DNA of 64,000 nucleotides from a virus: positions 1 to 64,000 of IMG/VR virus record IMGVR_UViG_3300035670_000127; one strand, written 5' to 3'. Of the stretch, positions 26,864 to 35,760 are shown piece by piece. A program made the position numbers and the translations under genes. Below the pieces are notes generated by a model. The model had not been told where the DNA came from, did not search any database, and was given only the letters and a program-made list of their open reading frames with translations. How positions within the stretch are numbered: position 1 is the first letter of the stretch; the number at the start of each line of letters is the position of its first letter.

Positions 26864-28100
26864 GAGTCAAAACGAATTAGGAAGGGAGGCTATTATTCAG
26901 TTTTTAAGAAGCGGGCACTCGGTCTTTTTAACCGGCGGTGCCGGTAGTGGTAAGACCCACATGCTTAAACAAATAGTCTCTCAATTTCAGCAGGCCGCTA
27001 TCTTAGCACCGACTGGAATTGCCGCGTCGAATGTCGGTGGGCAGACCATTCATAGCTTCTTTAATCTGCCACCGCACTTGCAGAAACCTAGCGAATTGAA
27101 TGTTAAAATCAAGAACGCATACCTCATTAAGAGGTTGCAGTTATTGGTGAATGACGAGATTAGCATGGTCAATCCGCTCCTTTTGGACTGCATAGATAAT
27201 TTGATGCAACGAATAAGAGGTTGCGGTCTTCCGTTCGGTGGGTGTCCAGTCCTTTTTTGTGGTGACTTGGCACAGCTACCGCCCGTTATTCAAGATAAGA
27301 AAACAGGGGACGGGTTAAGTCAGCGAGAGGTGTTAAGCAAGATGGGTTACCCCTCTACTTTAGTTACTGATTCCAAAGCGTGGAGGAGTATAAAGTACGT
27401 GGTAGATTTGCAAGGGAGCTGGCGTCAAGATGGCGACCCGCATTTCTTTAACCTCCTTTCTGATATACGAAACCACTTATTGGATAAGAAGAGGGACTCG
27501 TTAAGAAGTACCTTTTCTGAAATCAATAGTCAATGCGTGGGTCGTAACCTACCTCCTCAATTCACTACCCTTGCCTCTACTAATAATCGAGTGCGAGAGA
27601 TTAACGGTATTGAATTGGATAAGATGCAGGGGAAGGAATGTTGTTATGATGCCACTGTGGTAGGTGAATGGCGGGACGAATTTAGCCGGGCACCTCGACA
27701 GTTAATTCTTAAAGAAGGGGTGCAAGTAATATGTGTTGCTAACGACCCACTGAAGCAATTTGTGAACGGTTCAATTGCCGAGGTGGTCGAATTAGAACCG
27801 AAGGCGGTTTGGGTTAAGTTAGAGGATAAGCAAGTTATCAAAGTGCAACCTAATCGCTGGGATAACTGGCAGTACAAGTGGGATGAGGAGAGTGGTCGAA
27901 TGTCAGTCCAGTCAGCCGGCCACTTCATTCAACTCCCTTTTCAAGTGGGGTACGCCCTCACTATTCACAGTTCCCAGGGACTGACTTTGAAACGAGTTAA
28001 TTTTATGACAGAGCGGCTGTTTGATAAACGGTTAGCTTACGTCGCTTTGTCAAGATGTCCCAGTTTGCAGTCCCTGAGTTTGTCTCAATCGCTACATTAG
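26817..28100 (+). CDS. Pif1/RecD-like SF1B DNA helicase
   Basis: GGAGSGKT, APTGIAA, GQTIHSFF, DEISMV, GDLAQLPP, YALTIHSSQGLT and YVALSR motifs. Confidence 0.9.
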   Translation: MNQIQMWQTQFLTVDRSQNELGREAIIQFLRSGHSVFLTGGAGSGKTHMLKQIVSQFQQAAILAPTGIAASNVGGQTIHSFFNLPPHLQKPSELNVKIKNAYLIKRLQLLVNDEISMVNPLLLDCIDNLMQRIRGCGLPFGGCPVLFCGDLAQLPPVIQDKKTGDGLSQREVLSKMGYPSTLVTDSKAWRSIKYVVDLQGSWRQDGDPHFFNLLSDIRNHLLDKKRDSLRSTFSEINSQCVGRNLPPQFTTLASTNNRVREINGIELDKMQGKECCYDATVVGEWRDEFSRAPRQLILKEGVQVICVANDPLKQFVNGSIAEVVELEPKAVWVKLEDKQVIKVQPNRWDNWQYKWDEESGRMSVQSAGHFIQLPFQVGYALTIHSSQGLTLKRVNFMTERLFDKRLAYVALSRCPSLQSLSLSQSLH

Positions 28101-28111
28101 AGGAGTTACTT

Positions 28112-28303
28112 ATGAGTTTACCGTACACTACCAGAGCCGCGGGTTTGGTTGCGTTTTTGGTGTTGGTTGCGGATTACTACCTTGTCAATTTTGGATGGTT
28201 AGAATGGCAATGGGGTAATTTGTTATTTGAGGTGTTTTGCCTCGTTTTGGCACTGCCAACCTTAACCGAGGGGTTCAATAAAGTGAGGGGGGTTAAGGAA
28301 TGA
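28112..28303 (+). CDS. Small two-TM membrane protein
   Basis: GAGGAG RBS before ATG 28112; two hydrophobic segments. Confidence 0.6.
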   Translation: MSLPYTTRAAGLVAFLVLVADYYLVNFGWLEWQWGNLLFEVFCLVLALPTLTEGFNKVRGVKE

Positions 28304-28704
28304 GGTTGTTATTTTTGATTCTCTTTTTGCCTCTCTTGACGGCCTGCCCTACCCAACCTGTGTGGGACGTGCAATTTGATTACAAACCGCCACCTGACAG
28401 TCAGTCGGCTTGTGTAGAGGGTTGCAATAAAACAGCGAAGCTCATAGGGTTGCAATGCACACTCTGCAATCAAAAGGAGTATAACTTGCGCCGGGATGGG
28501 TTTTTCCAAGCTAAAATGAAATGCACGAATCAAACGTGCCGTGATTTATTGGAATTAATTAGGCCAACGGCAGATTCTCATTATGAGGTATGCAATGACC
28601 AGTGTGACGACGATAAGGCTAAATTTAACGCCTGCTATGTGGGTTGCGGTGGGGAGGTCAAGGAGAGTAGGATGTGTGTAAGTAATTGTGGGAACGTGCA
28701 ATAA
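28300..28704 (+). CDS. Cysteine-rich lipoprotein
   Basis: Signal peptide with LTAC lipobox; 12 further Cys in CxxC/CxxxC pairs. Confidence 0.75.
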   Translation: MRLLFLILFLPLLTACPTQPVWDVQFDYKPPPDSQSACVEGCNKTAKLIGLQCTLCNQKEYNLRRDGFFQAKMKCTNQTCRDLLELIRPTADSHYEVCNDQCDDDKAKFNACYVGCGGEVKESRMCVSNCGNVQ

Positions 28705-28743
28705 AAAACGGCCTGTATTGATGCCACAATACAGGCCGTTTTT
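28704..28743. terminator. Bidirectional Rho-independent terminator
   Basis: AAAAACGGCCTGTATTG and CAATACAGGCCGTTTTT between convergent genes. Confidence 0.85.
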
Positions 28744-28745
28744 AT

Positions 28746-28940
28746 TTAGCCGTGCGTCAAGTAAAAGTTAAGAAGGGTACCCAACACCTCCTTATTGCTA
28801 AGGTGGCCGCTATCACTAGGTCTGCCCTTTTCCATTTTCGCCCTCGTCTTCTGTAAAAGGGCGGTAATGGGGTCTTTTTTTGGCCAAATAATCGACTTCA
28901 AGGGTTCTTGCTTCAGTTTTTGGTTTTCTTTCATTTGCAT
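28746..28940 (-). CDS. Small hypothetical protein
   Basis: GAGG RBS; ends at the terminator. Confidence 0.55.
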   Translation of the reverse strand: MQMKENQKLKQEPLKSIIWPKKDPITALLQKTRAKMEKGRPSDSGHLSNKEVLGTLLNFYLTHG

Positions 28941-28949
28941 ACCTCTTAG

Positions 28950-29333
28950 TTAGAACGGTATAATATGGTTGTCTCGCACCTCTTCCATTTTGGAATGGAA
29001 GTGTTCCTTACACATTTCCCTTAACGCGGTGTCAATCTCCTCGTCAGTTTCAGCCTCGGCCTCCGCTACCCACTCCGGCGCGTCGTTTTGATACGCATGG
29101 TAAGTCAGGTCAATCGCTAGGAAGTAAAACCCGTCCCCTGCGAGTTTGCGCTTCTCGGTAAGCCAGTCACCCTCCTCTATACTCCAGTAGCCGCCGTGGT
29201 CGGGGTTATAAGTAAGGTAGCAAGGGGAGGATAGCGTTTGCAGAGGTTTCTTTTGAAACGCCTCAAATACCGATTCTAATGAATCACACCCCTGTTTATT
29301 GGCGGGGCATATACTGCATTTGTGGTCACACAT
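28950..29333 (-). CDS. Hypothetical acidic protein
   Basis: ORF track; GAGG upstream; tight operon spacing. Confidence 0.6.
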   Translation of the reverse strand: MCDHKCSICPANKQGCDSLESVFEAFQKKPLQTLSSPCYLTYNPDHGGYWSIEEGDWLTEKRKLAGDGFYFLAIDLTYHAYQNDAPEWVAEAEAETDEEIDTALREMCKEHFHSKMEEVRDNHIIPF

Positions 29334-29414
29334 TTTTATTTATAACCTCTTTACTGATACACTGTGATTAATTAATATATAAATATATTATATATGTGTT
29401 CTGTGGCGTATACC

Positions 29415-29451
29415 ATAGAAAATATACCTATTGTGTAGGTATATTTTCTAT
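29415..29451. terminator. 16-bp perfect hairpin after ORF 29456
   Basis: ATAGAAAATATACCTA and TAGGTATATTTTCTAT. Confidence 0.55.
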
Positions 29452-29455
29452 TTAT

Positions 29456-29734
29456 CTACGCTTCTGTGAGGGTTTCTACATACCCCTCTAAATTCTTCAG
29501 TTTTTCCAAAACCTCCGCGTCGTCTGCGAAATTCTCAATTCCCACCATATTTAAGTAGTCATCCATTACCTCGGTTTCCGTCAGTGTTTGTAATTCGTTC
29601 ACTTCGTCAAGTACTTTATAGTAACTCCCTTTTTCTGTGCGATAATACATCCATCCAGTTTCGTCTACCCCTTTGTAAAAAATCTCAGTGGAAGTGGAGG
29701 TATTGTAAATTTTACCGTTTTTTACGATTTTCAT
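29456..29734 (-). CDS. Hypothetical phage protein
   Basis: AAGGTG RBS; MKIVKNGKIYNTSTS..YYRTEKGSYY pattern, recalled as common in small phage genes. Confidence 0.65.
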   Translation of the reverse strand: MKIVKNGKIYNTSTSTEIFYKGVDETGWMYYRTEKGSYYKVLDEVNELQTLTETEVMDDYLNMVGIENFADDAEVLEKLKNLEGYVETLTEA

Positions 29735-29790
29735 AAATCACCTTTTGTAGTATGTGGATTTTTGTTTTAGCAGTATTCCCTGCCCATATC

Positions 29791-29825
29791 CTATATATAT
29801 GGGCAGTTTTTTATTTTTCAATACT
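29791..29825 (-). promoter_or_regulatory. Putative promoter with GTATTGAAAAAT -35 region
   Basis: The minus strand reads AGTATTGAAAAATAAAAAACTGCCCATATATA; the same 12-mer occurs in both promoters at 46565 and 46862. Confidence 0.45.
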
Positions 29826-30180
29826 TTTTTATAAAAATATTTTTATATATTTTTTAGGCACGAGTTAGCTATGCTTATTTATTATAAATATAGAAATAGT
29901 ATGCACAAGCTACCCTCCATTCATTCTGGAATAATAAGCGGCAGGTGGTGCCGGGCGACCTTAATGGCAGACCGTTTTACGCACCCCATACAAAGCGATG
30001 GCGGTTATGATTACTGTGTTCTAAATTCGTTCAATATAGCCTCTAAAATTCGATTTTACCTACACGGGTGATGACAGGCACTACACAATCACTGATTTAC
30101 TGAAATTGACGAAACCTCGCGTCATTACAGCGTTTTGTGTCTAGGATACGTCAAGTGCGTGTCTATGCAAAACTCGTTTT

Positions 30181-30429
30181 TGTATAGACTGTATAGACTC
30201 TGTCATCAACCCCTAGACGGTGAAAACCCGCGCCGTTATTGGCTTGTATGGACTGTATAGGGCCAACGGGTGTTTTTTCCATTTACTTATATATCCGGCG
30301 ATATAAAATACTTTCTTCTATATTAATCATGTAATGTAGTGTATACACTCTATACAGTCCATACAAGCCTTTAAATTCGTGCCTTCCCGTTGTATAGGGT
30401 TTAAACAGGTACTCTATACACCCTATACA
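30181..30429. other. Putative replication origin: TGTAT(A/G)G iterons in inverted arms around an AT-rich core
   Basis: Iterons at 30181, 30190, 30245, 30254 and 30391 (forward) and 30350, 30359, 30414 and 30423 (reverse). A perfect 20-bp inverted repeat (30241-30260 / 30350-30369) flanks an 89-bp AT-rich spacer. The site lies just 3' of the D5 helicase gene. Confidence 0.75.
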
Positions 30430-30475
30430 GGTTTAAAGTAATGTTTTAAAGGGTTTGTTAATTGGTTTCTGTCTT

Positions 30476-32146
30476 TTATCCCTTCGCTTTCTCTTCTAAA
30501 ATCCCCAGCCAATCCGTAGTCCAGTTCCTCTCGTTTTCCATCAAATCCTGACATATCACCCGTGCGACTTTAACCGGGTGCGTAGCCAGTAATTTAGCGA
30601 CGTGGGATACCACTACCCCCTGCACCCCAGTGTGATATTCCATTGCCGTGCAAAGTTCCTCTGCCAGTTCTGCGATTGCCCCGTCAACTGATTCAGTCAC
30701 CTCACTACCCAACCCTTCGTTTTTAAATGCGTACTCTACAATTGAGTTTTCAGTGCCCTCTACTATCTTGAGTCCAATGAATCCCGACCTTGTCTTTTCG
30801 CCCGGCACCCTCATCTGCCTCTTTCTTTCTACACCGTCCACACCCAGAATGATGGTAATCACTTCCTCCAACTGAGTTGAAAAAGTATTGGTGCTAATCT
30901 GCCCCTTCCGCCCGTTTTGTTTGCACCAGCGAATGAAATTTGGATACAAATAGTTGTCTGCTAACTCAAACATATTCTCCGTACTCACACCCAAAGCACC
31001 GACTTGCACTCTCACTTCAGGTGAAAACTCGACGTTTTGAGATAACCAAGCGATAAGTGGGTTGGTTTCGATCAGGGTTGCCATTTTGGCATCTTGGGAG
31101 GATTTCACTAGGTGGTCGGTATTGCGTAATAGGCTCTCCATTCGGCTAACATCCATCCCCAATACCCAGTTCAGCAAGCCAGGTATCTCACCCTCAAAAT
31201 CCTCAGACAAATTACGCCGTTTTGAGGGGTGTACGACATGGTCAAGCCTCGCCGATATACGTCGCCGTGCAATTGCACTGGATGTATCTGAAAAATAAAT
31301 GGGTGCATTGGCCGCGATAACAACCATGCCAGTGAATGTAAACGCCTCGTCCTGCTGTTTATTTTTCACCTCCTTTCGCAGCTTATCCTGCCCAGTGAGT
31401 GATTTAAAAATGGAACCCTCCCCACCGTATTTGGATGCGTCATTAATCAGAACCAGTCTCTTACCTTGGATAGCCGCTGTCTCAAAACGGTTTTCTTCAA
31501 GGTATTTCATTGTGGTGATATAGTAATTGGGTTCGCCAATCATAGAGGTTAGCAATCGCGTTAACGTCCCTTTCCCTGACCCGCCTGGACCTACGATTTC
31601 CATATACCGTTGCAAGTCATACCGCCCCAATAACACGGCCAGAAAGAAGGCACGAATCAACTCTATCAACTCCTTATCCCCTTTCGTTGCTTCGAGTAAC
31701 CATTTATGAATGGTTGGGCACGTTGCATCCTTATTGAAATCGTAAGGCAACTGCCAGGTGATTCTATTCATAGGGTCGTGGGAGGGTGTAAATTCATGGG
31801 TGCGAATATTAAGAGTGCCATTAGGGAACGGTATGAGGTCAGGACATACTTCATTATCCCATTTATCAACGTAGAGGTCGCCCATCAGAAATTGGGTGAC
31901 ACCCTGTGCAAAATTAATACTAAAATCGGAGGTAAATCGTGAGTGGATAGCCTCCCGTATGATTTGCTGAATGTGGACTTTTTTAGCCTTGGTCCAAACG
32001 GCGTCTTGATACATCCGCCATTCGCCGGTATCTGAATCAAACGCGAGTGTGGAGGCGAAAGAGGGCGCTAATTGTCTAGCTATTTCGTTTTGGCTAGGCT
32101 TTCTAGGAGAAGCGGCAGGTTTGCCATTTTGTGACTTTTTAGACAT
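30476..32146 (-). CDS. D5/P4-alpha-type SF3 replicative helicase (no N-terminal primase domain)
   Basis: D5_N-like LIPFPNGTLNIRTHEF; Walker A GPGGSGKGT; Walker B LVLINDA; FKSLTGQD; motif C IAAN; AIARRRI; C-terminal wHTH-like LYPNFIRWCKQNG. Confidence 0.9.
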   Translation of the reverse strand: MSKKSQNGKPAASPRKPSQNEIARQLAPSFASTLAFDSDTGEWRMYQDAVWTKAKKVHIQQIIREAIHSRFTSDFSINFAQGVTQFLMGDLYVDKWDNEVCPDLIPFPNGTLNIRTHEFTPSHDPMNRITWQLPYDFNKDATCPTIHKWLLEATKGDKELIELIRAFFLAVLLGRYDLQRYMEIVGPGGSGKGTLTRLLTSMIGEPNYYITTMKYLEENRFETAAIQGKRLVLINDASKYGGEGSIFKSLTGQDKLRKEVKNKQQDEAFTFTGMVVIAANAPIYFSDTSSAIARRRISARLDHVVHPSKRRNLSEDFEGEIPGLLNWVLGMDVSRMESLLRNTDHLVKSSQDAKMATLIETNPLIAWLSQNVEFSPEVRVQVGALGVSTENMFELADNYLYPNFIRWCKQNGRKGQISTNTFSTQLEEVITIILGVDGVERKRQMRVPGEKTRSGFIGLKIVEGTENSIVEYAFKNEGLGSEVTESVDGAIAELAEELCTAMEYHTGVQGVVVSHVAKLLATHPVKVARVICQDLMENERNWTTDWLGILEEKAKG

Positions 32147-32248
32147 AATACTGTCCCTTTAGTTAAACTAAAAAATATGAAGGGCAGTATAAAGTATAAA
32201 TATGGAGGGGAGGGTACTAAATTTTTTTGAAAAAGTTTCAAAAAACGC

Positions 32249-32277
32249 TTGACAATTTAGAATTGTGTAGCTATACT
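32249..32277 (+). promoter_or_regulatory. Near-consensus sigma70 promoter for the antisense RNA
   Basis: TTGACA-17 nt-TATACT, with no ORF downstream on the + strand. Confidence 0.8.
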
Positions 32278-32283
32278 ATAGGT

Positions 32284-32396
32284 ATAGTCAATAAGAAAAG
32301 CTGATTTGCCCTTCAATCAAAAATCGGTTTTTCCTTTGACTACCCTCCTAGAACCTGACGCACTGCTTATGAAAGGAATTGCGTCAGGTTTTTTTT
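32284..32396 (+). ncRNA. Predicted ~110-nt counter-transcribed antisense RNA complementary to the helicase mRNA leader
   Basis: It has its own promoter, a long stem-loop (32285-32342, with G-U pairs favouring the + strand) and an AACCTGACGCA/TGCGTCAGGTT-U-rich terminator (32352-32396). Confidence 0.7.
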
Positions 32397-32410
32397 ATGC
32401 TTATGAACTT

Positions 32411-32439
32411 ATTATAGCATAAGTGAATCTGAAAGTCAA
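32411..32439 (-). promoter_or_regulatory. sigma70 promoter for the D5 helicase gene (~255-nt leader)
   Basis: Minus strand TTGACT-17 nt-TATAAT with a TGn extension. Confidence 0.8.
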
Positions 32440-32456
32440 GGTTTGGATTGCACAAT

Positions 32457-32495
32457 AAAAAAGCGGTTATAGCATGTCTGCTTAATCGCTTTTTT
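32457..32495. terminator. Terminator after the WD40 gene
   Basis: AAAAAAGCGGTTA..TAATCGCTTTTTT; it insulates the helicase promoter. Confidence 0.65.
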
Positions 32496-32499
32496 ACCA

Positions 32500-33468
32500 T
32501 TATTTAATCCTACCCTTTAACCCCGTCAACTTCGGTATAATCCGAAGTCTAACCTCCCCCGTTTCCACATCCCAAATGCGCACGGTTCTATCCCATGAAC
32601 CCGATGCGACGGATTTACCGTCCGGACTGAATGCCACCGAGGTCACCCAGTCACTGTGGCCTGTCAGGGTGTGAATCAATTGCCCGTCCTGAACTTCCCA
32701 AATCCGTACCGTTTTATCGTAGGAAGCGGAGGCAACTAATTCTCCATTTGGACTGAATGCGACTGAGGTGACGATGTCGGTATGACCTTGCAATTCAATT
32801 TCTATATTCTCTTGCGAGAATAGACGAACCGTGTTATCTGTACAACCCATTGCCAGAATACCATAGCAATTGAATGCAAGGGAGGTGGCATACCCAGTCA
32901 CATTGTAATTAAGAATCCGATACTCTTTTTCGACATCCCATACGGAAACCACACCGTTCCTTGATGCCGACACGAGTCTATTGCCGCTGTTATTAAATGC
33001 CACCGCCGCCACACCGACGTCGTGTCCTTTTAACTCAGTTACCTCGTCCGTAATGAGATTCCATAATTTCAAATTATGAACTGCGTTATCGACCCCGATG
33101 GCAACCACCTTGTTATCCGGACTGAATGCGACGCTTGTGATTCCACAAGGATAGCCTTCTTCTTCCACTCGAATGGGAATGGGTGTTACGCAAAATTTGG
33201 TTAGGTACTTCCCGTCTCTGTCCCGAAGCATCACGGTATTATCTCTTGACCCGCTGGCAATAATACCTAGACCATTAATAGCAATTGCCTCAATTGTAGA
33301 GTGATGACCGTCCATTTGCTGAATTATGTCGCCACTATTTATGTCGAATACACGGATTAGGCCGTCATTGCAACCAGCGACTAATTGGGAGTAAGCATTG
33401 AAGGTAATCGAGTTAATTCTATGAGTTTCACTTTCATAGAATGGTAGTCTGCATATATTGTGTGTCAT
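32500..33468 (-). CDS. WD40-repeat beta-propeller protein
   Basis: About seven GH..V.SVAFSP.G..LASAS.D.TVRIW[DE] repeats. Confidence 0.92.
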   Translation of the reverse strand: MTHNICRLPFYESETHRINSITFNAYSQLVAGCNDGLIRVFDINSGDIIQQMDGHHSTIEAIAINGLGIIASGSRDNTVMLRDRDGKYLTKFCVTPIPIRVEEEGYPCGITSVAFSPDNKVVAIGVDNAVHNLKLWNLITDEVTELKGHDVGVAAVAFNNSGNRLVSASRNGVVSVWDVEKEYRILNYNVTGYATSLAFNCYGILAMGCTDNTVRLFSQENIEIELQGHTDIVTSVAFSPNGELVASASYDKTVRIWEVQDGQLIHTLTGHSDWVTSVAFSPDGKSVASGSWDRTVRIWDVETGEVRLRIIPKLTGLKGRIK

Positions 33469-33471
33469 GTT

Positions 33472-33667
33472 TCAGTTTCCTCTGTGGAGGATAGAATTAA
33501 AGTCAATTCTCTCCTTATAATCTTGCCCGAATAAGTTTTCAACATCCTCGTTGTACCTTCTAACCAATCCCTCTACCTCCTCAATATCCTTTCTTAGTCT
33601 GTCACAGTGACATAAAAGCAGTCTCTTCTCCTCAGGAATTGCGGATTTGTTCTTGCGTCCATTTCAT
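33472..33667 (-). pseudogene. Probable frameshifted small gene
   Basis: ATG 33667 (MKWTQEQI..) stops early, but another frame reads AIPEEKRLLL..ILHRGN* to 33472. The span is 3n+1 and is bounded by near-identical junction repeats. Confidence 0.35.
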
Positions 33668-33670
33668 GTT

Positions 33671-33871
33671 TCAGTTCCCTCTTTCTGATAATTGTAAAAT
33701 ACTCGCCTGATTCTCTAATGGGCATTCCAATACCCTTTTGAGTTCTTCTTTGATTTCATCCCTACCTTGTTTTCGTTTAGCTTTTTTACGAGCCCTGTCA
33801 CCTCCTCTAATTTCAGAGTATAAGCACCTTCCATCATCTACTCTGGCAGTTCTATTTGAGTATGGTTTCAT
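33671..33871 (-). CDS. Small basic hypothetical protein
   Basis: ORF track; operon context. Confidence 0.5.
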   Translation of the reverse strand: MKPYSNRTARVDDGRCLYSEIRGGDRARKKAKRKQGRDEIKEELKRVLECPLENQASILQLSERGN

Positions 33872-34026
33872 AATTAAAGCCTAGATAGTCTTCTAATTGG
33901 CGTTCCAGTACCCTCCCTAGCCTACTAATCACGTAGCACATTCCTTGCCGACCATTTCTGTTTCACACCACTCAGGCTTTGGCAAACCGACGTGGTATCC
34001 CATGTTTATCTGTTAGCAAGAATGAT

Positions 34027-34269
34027 TTATAAATCATTATAAGCGTAGCTTGAATCAGAGGATTTATAGAGAAACCGTCGCCTCCCAGACCATGCCAACC
34101 AACATTCTAAATCGGTCAACTCTTGCCATCGACGGAGTTGTAAAAATCTACTCTGCTTACTCCAACCTGTTTGCCATCCATAATACCCAGTTCTGTTTCT
34201 GGGTTTTAAATAGGTATCTTCGTGATACATATCGTTTGAATACCAAGGTTTTGCTATAATACTCGCCAT
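34027..34269 (-). CDS. Small aromatic-rich hypothetical protein
   Basis: Strong AAGGAGG RBS. Confidence 0.45.
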   Translation of the reverse strand: MASIIAKPWYSNDMYHEDTYLKPRNRTGYYGWQTGWSKQSRFLQLRRWQELTDLECWLAWSGRRRFLYKSSDSSYAYNDL

Positions 34270-34327
34270 CCTCCTTTCCTCTTGTTAAACCCCGCCTTCG
34301 CTTTCGCAGTAGCGGGGTACTGTGTTT

Positions 34328-34933
34328 TTATTCTGGTATGCCGTAACGGCTTGTTATTTTCACCCATGCTTTCAACGCCGCGATGGCGTCGTATCGCGGG
34401 TTATGCGGACTACCGTTTGGTGGAATTACACCCTCCTTCTTTAAGAAGGAATCCACTGAATGCGGATTCTCTCCTTTTAACAGGAGAAGCGTACCTACAT
34501 CATGGATGCACATGGGTGACGGTTTTGGTGAGCTTGCATCCCAAATGTTGTATCCCTCTAGCATCCCACGGTTTTTAAGGGATTGGGCAAAATACCCCTC
34601 AGATGCAATTGTGTTAAATAACCCCGTTTCCACCGGATTTGGACAATGTGCGATGACAACGAGTTGTTCGTCTACCGTCCCTACTTGCATGTCCAACCAC
34701 CAATCTGAAAAGGATTGGTAAAGTTCGGTAGTGTCTTCCACCGTTTCAACAATCACCTGGCACTGAGGCCAAACGTTTTCTTTTACCCACTGGTCTGGCC
34801 AGTGAGTCGGCTCTTCTGCGATTCTCTTTTCAAAGAGAATTTGAGAACCATCGGTGGTGTGAGTGACAACCGATATAGCGAATGCCTTGTCACGTAAAGC
34901 AAAAGTTTCTGCGTCAATCGATATTAATTTCAT
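34328..34933 (-). CDS. DEDDh-type 3'-5' exonuclease-like protein
   Basis: ExoI ISIDAET; ExoIII HNPRYDA. Confidence 0.65.
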   Translation of the reverse strand: MKLISIDAETFALRDKAFAISVVTHTTDGSQILFEKRIAEEPTHWPDQWVKENVWPQCQVIVETVEDTTELYQSFSDWWLDMQVGTVDEQLVVIAHCPNPVETGLFNTIASEGYFAQSLKNRGMLEGYNIWDASSPKPSPMCIHDVGTLLLLKGENPHSVDSFLKKEGVIPPNGSPHNPRYDAIAALKAWVKITSRYGIPE

Positions 34934-34979
34934 TGTAGTTTCCTCTTACGTTTTGTGTTTAAAACCTTGACGATGTTTG

Positions 34980-35378
34980 TCAGCTTGGGCATGCAATTCC
35001 AATTCTGCAATAGCCTTCTGTTTCTCGTTTCTTCTCCGCGTCTCTGCATGGTGCAATGCGTCTTTCCTTTCGGCTACGCTCCATAACAAGCACCGTCAAA
35101 GCGTTTGCTAATACCCCAGCCGCCACCCTCTCAATCGTACCTACGAAAGGAGAATTGGCGACTACCTTATCTTGCAACTTAGCAATCACATCACCACCGC
35201 CTAAATGATTGCTAATCAATTGCACTGCCCTTTCAGTGGGTGTTACTCCAATCCTATCTGCCTCTGCGGCCAGGCAACCATACAACTTCGGATAAAGAGA
35301 TAATTCTAAGTTATATGGGTCTGGTAAAGTGCAATGCACAGTGCCAGCTAATCCCGTCATCTCATTGAACATATTCAC
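34980..35378 (-). CDS. Hypothetical protein
   Basis: ORF track; 4-bp overlap with the upstream gene. Confidence 0.5.
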   Translation of the reverse strand: MNMFNEMTGLAGTVHCTLPDPYNLELSLYPKLYGCLAAEADRIGVTPTERAVQLISNHLGGGDVIAKLQDKVVANSPFVGTIERVAAGVLANALTVLVMERSRKERRIAPCRDAEKKRETEGYCRIGIACPS

Positions 35379-35746
35379 ACCTCTCCATCCATTCTGTCAC
35401 TCCTGCTATACAAGGTATGATTCAGTTTCTTAAATAAGACCGTAACCTTACCATTGTTATCGTATCCTTTTTGCACGGATAGCAGGCATAAATGGATAGC
35501 AAAGCTAATATGTAACCACTTCTCCTCTGTTGGACTCAATCCTATACTTGCTGCACCCACTACCGCATAATGCGACTGAATATAATTTATCACTTGCGAT
35601 GGTAAGGTGTGCTCGTCCTCACCCATACAACATGCCCATAATTTATGTGACTGGGTAACCATATCATCCCAGTCTAATACCCCTAAGGCACCGTAAACTT
35701 CACTTGCTAATATATAATTAGCACCATAGTAATTAATTACTCGCAT
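35375..35746 (-). CDS. Hypothetical protein
   Basis: ORF track; RBS present. Confidence 0.55.
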   Translation of the reverse strand: MRVINYYGANYILASEVYGALGVLDWDDMVTQSHKLWACCMGEDEHTLPSQVINYIQSHYAVVGAASIGLSPTEEKWLHISFAIHLCLLSVQKGYDNNGKVTVLFKKLNHTLYSRSDRMDGEV

Positions 35747-35760
35747 ATCACACCCTTTCG

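Noticed and set aside
29871-30071. 66-aa plus-strand ORF next to the origin
   Set aside because: No RBS or motif; it lies in the non-coding origin flank.
34288-34317. ACCCCGC..GCGAAAGC..GCGGGGT hairpin as a ribozyme or intron domain
   Set aside because: No catalytic core motifs recognised; treated as a simple intergenic hairpin.
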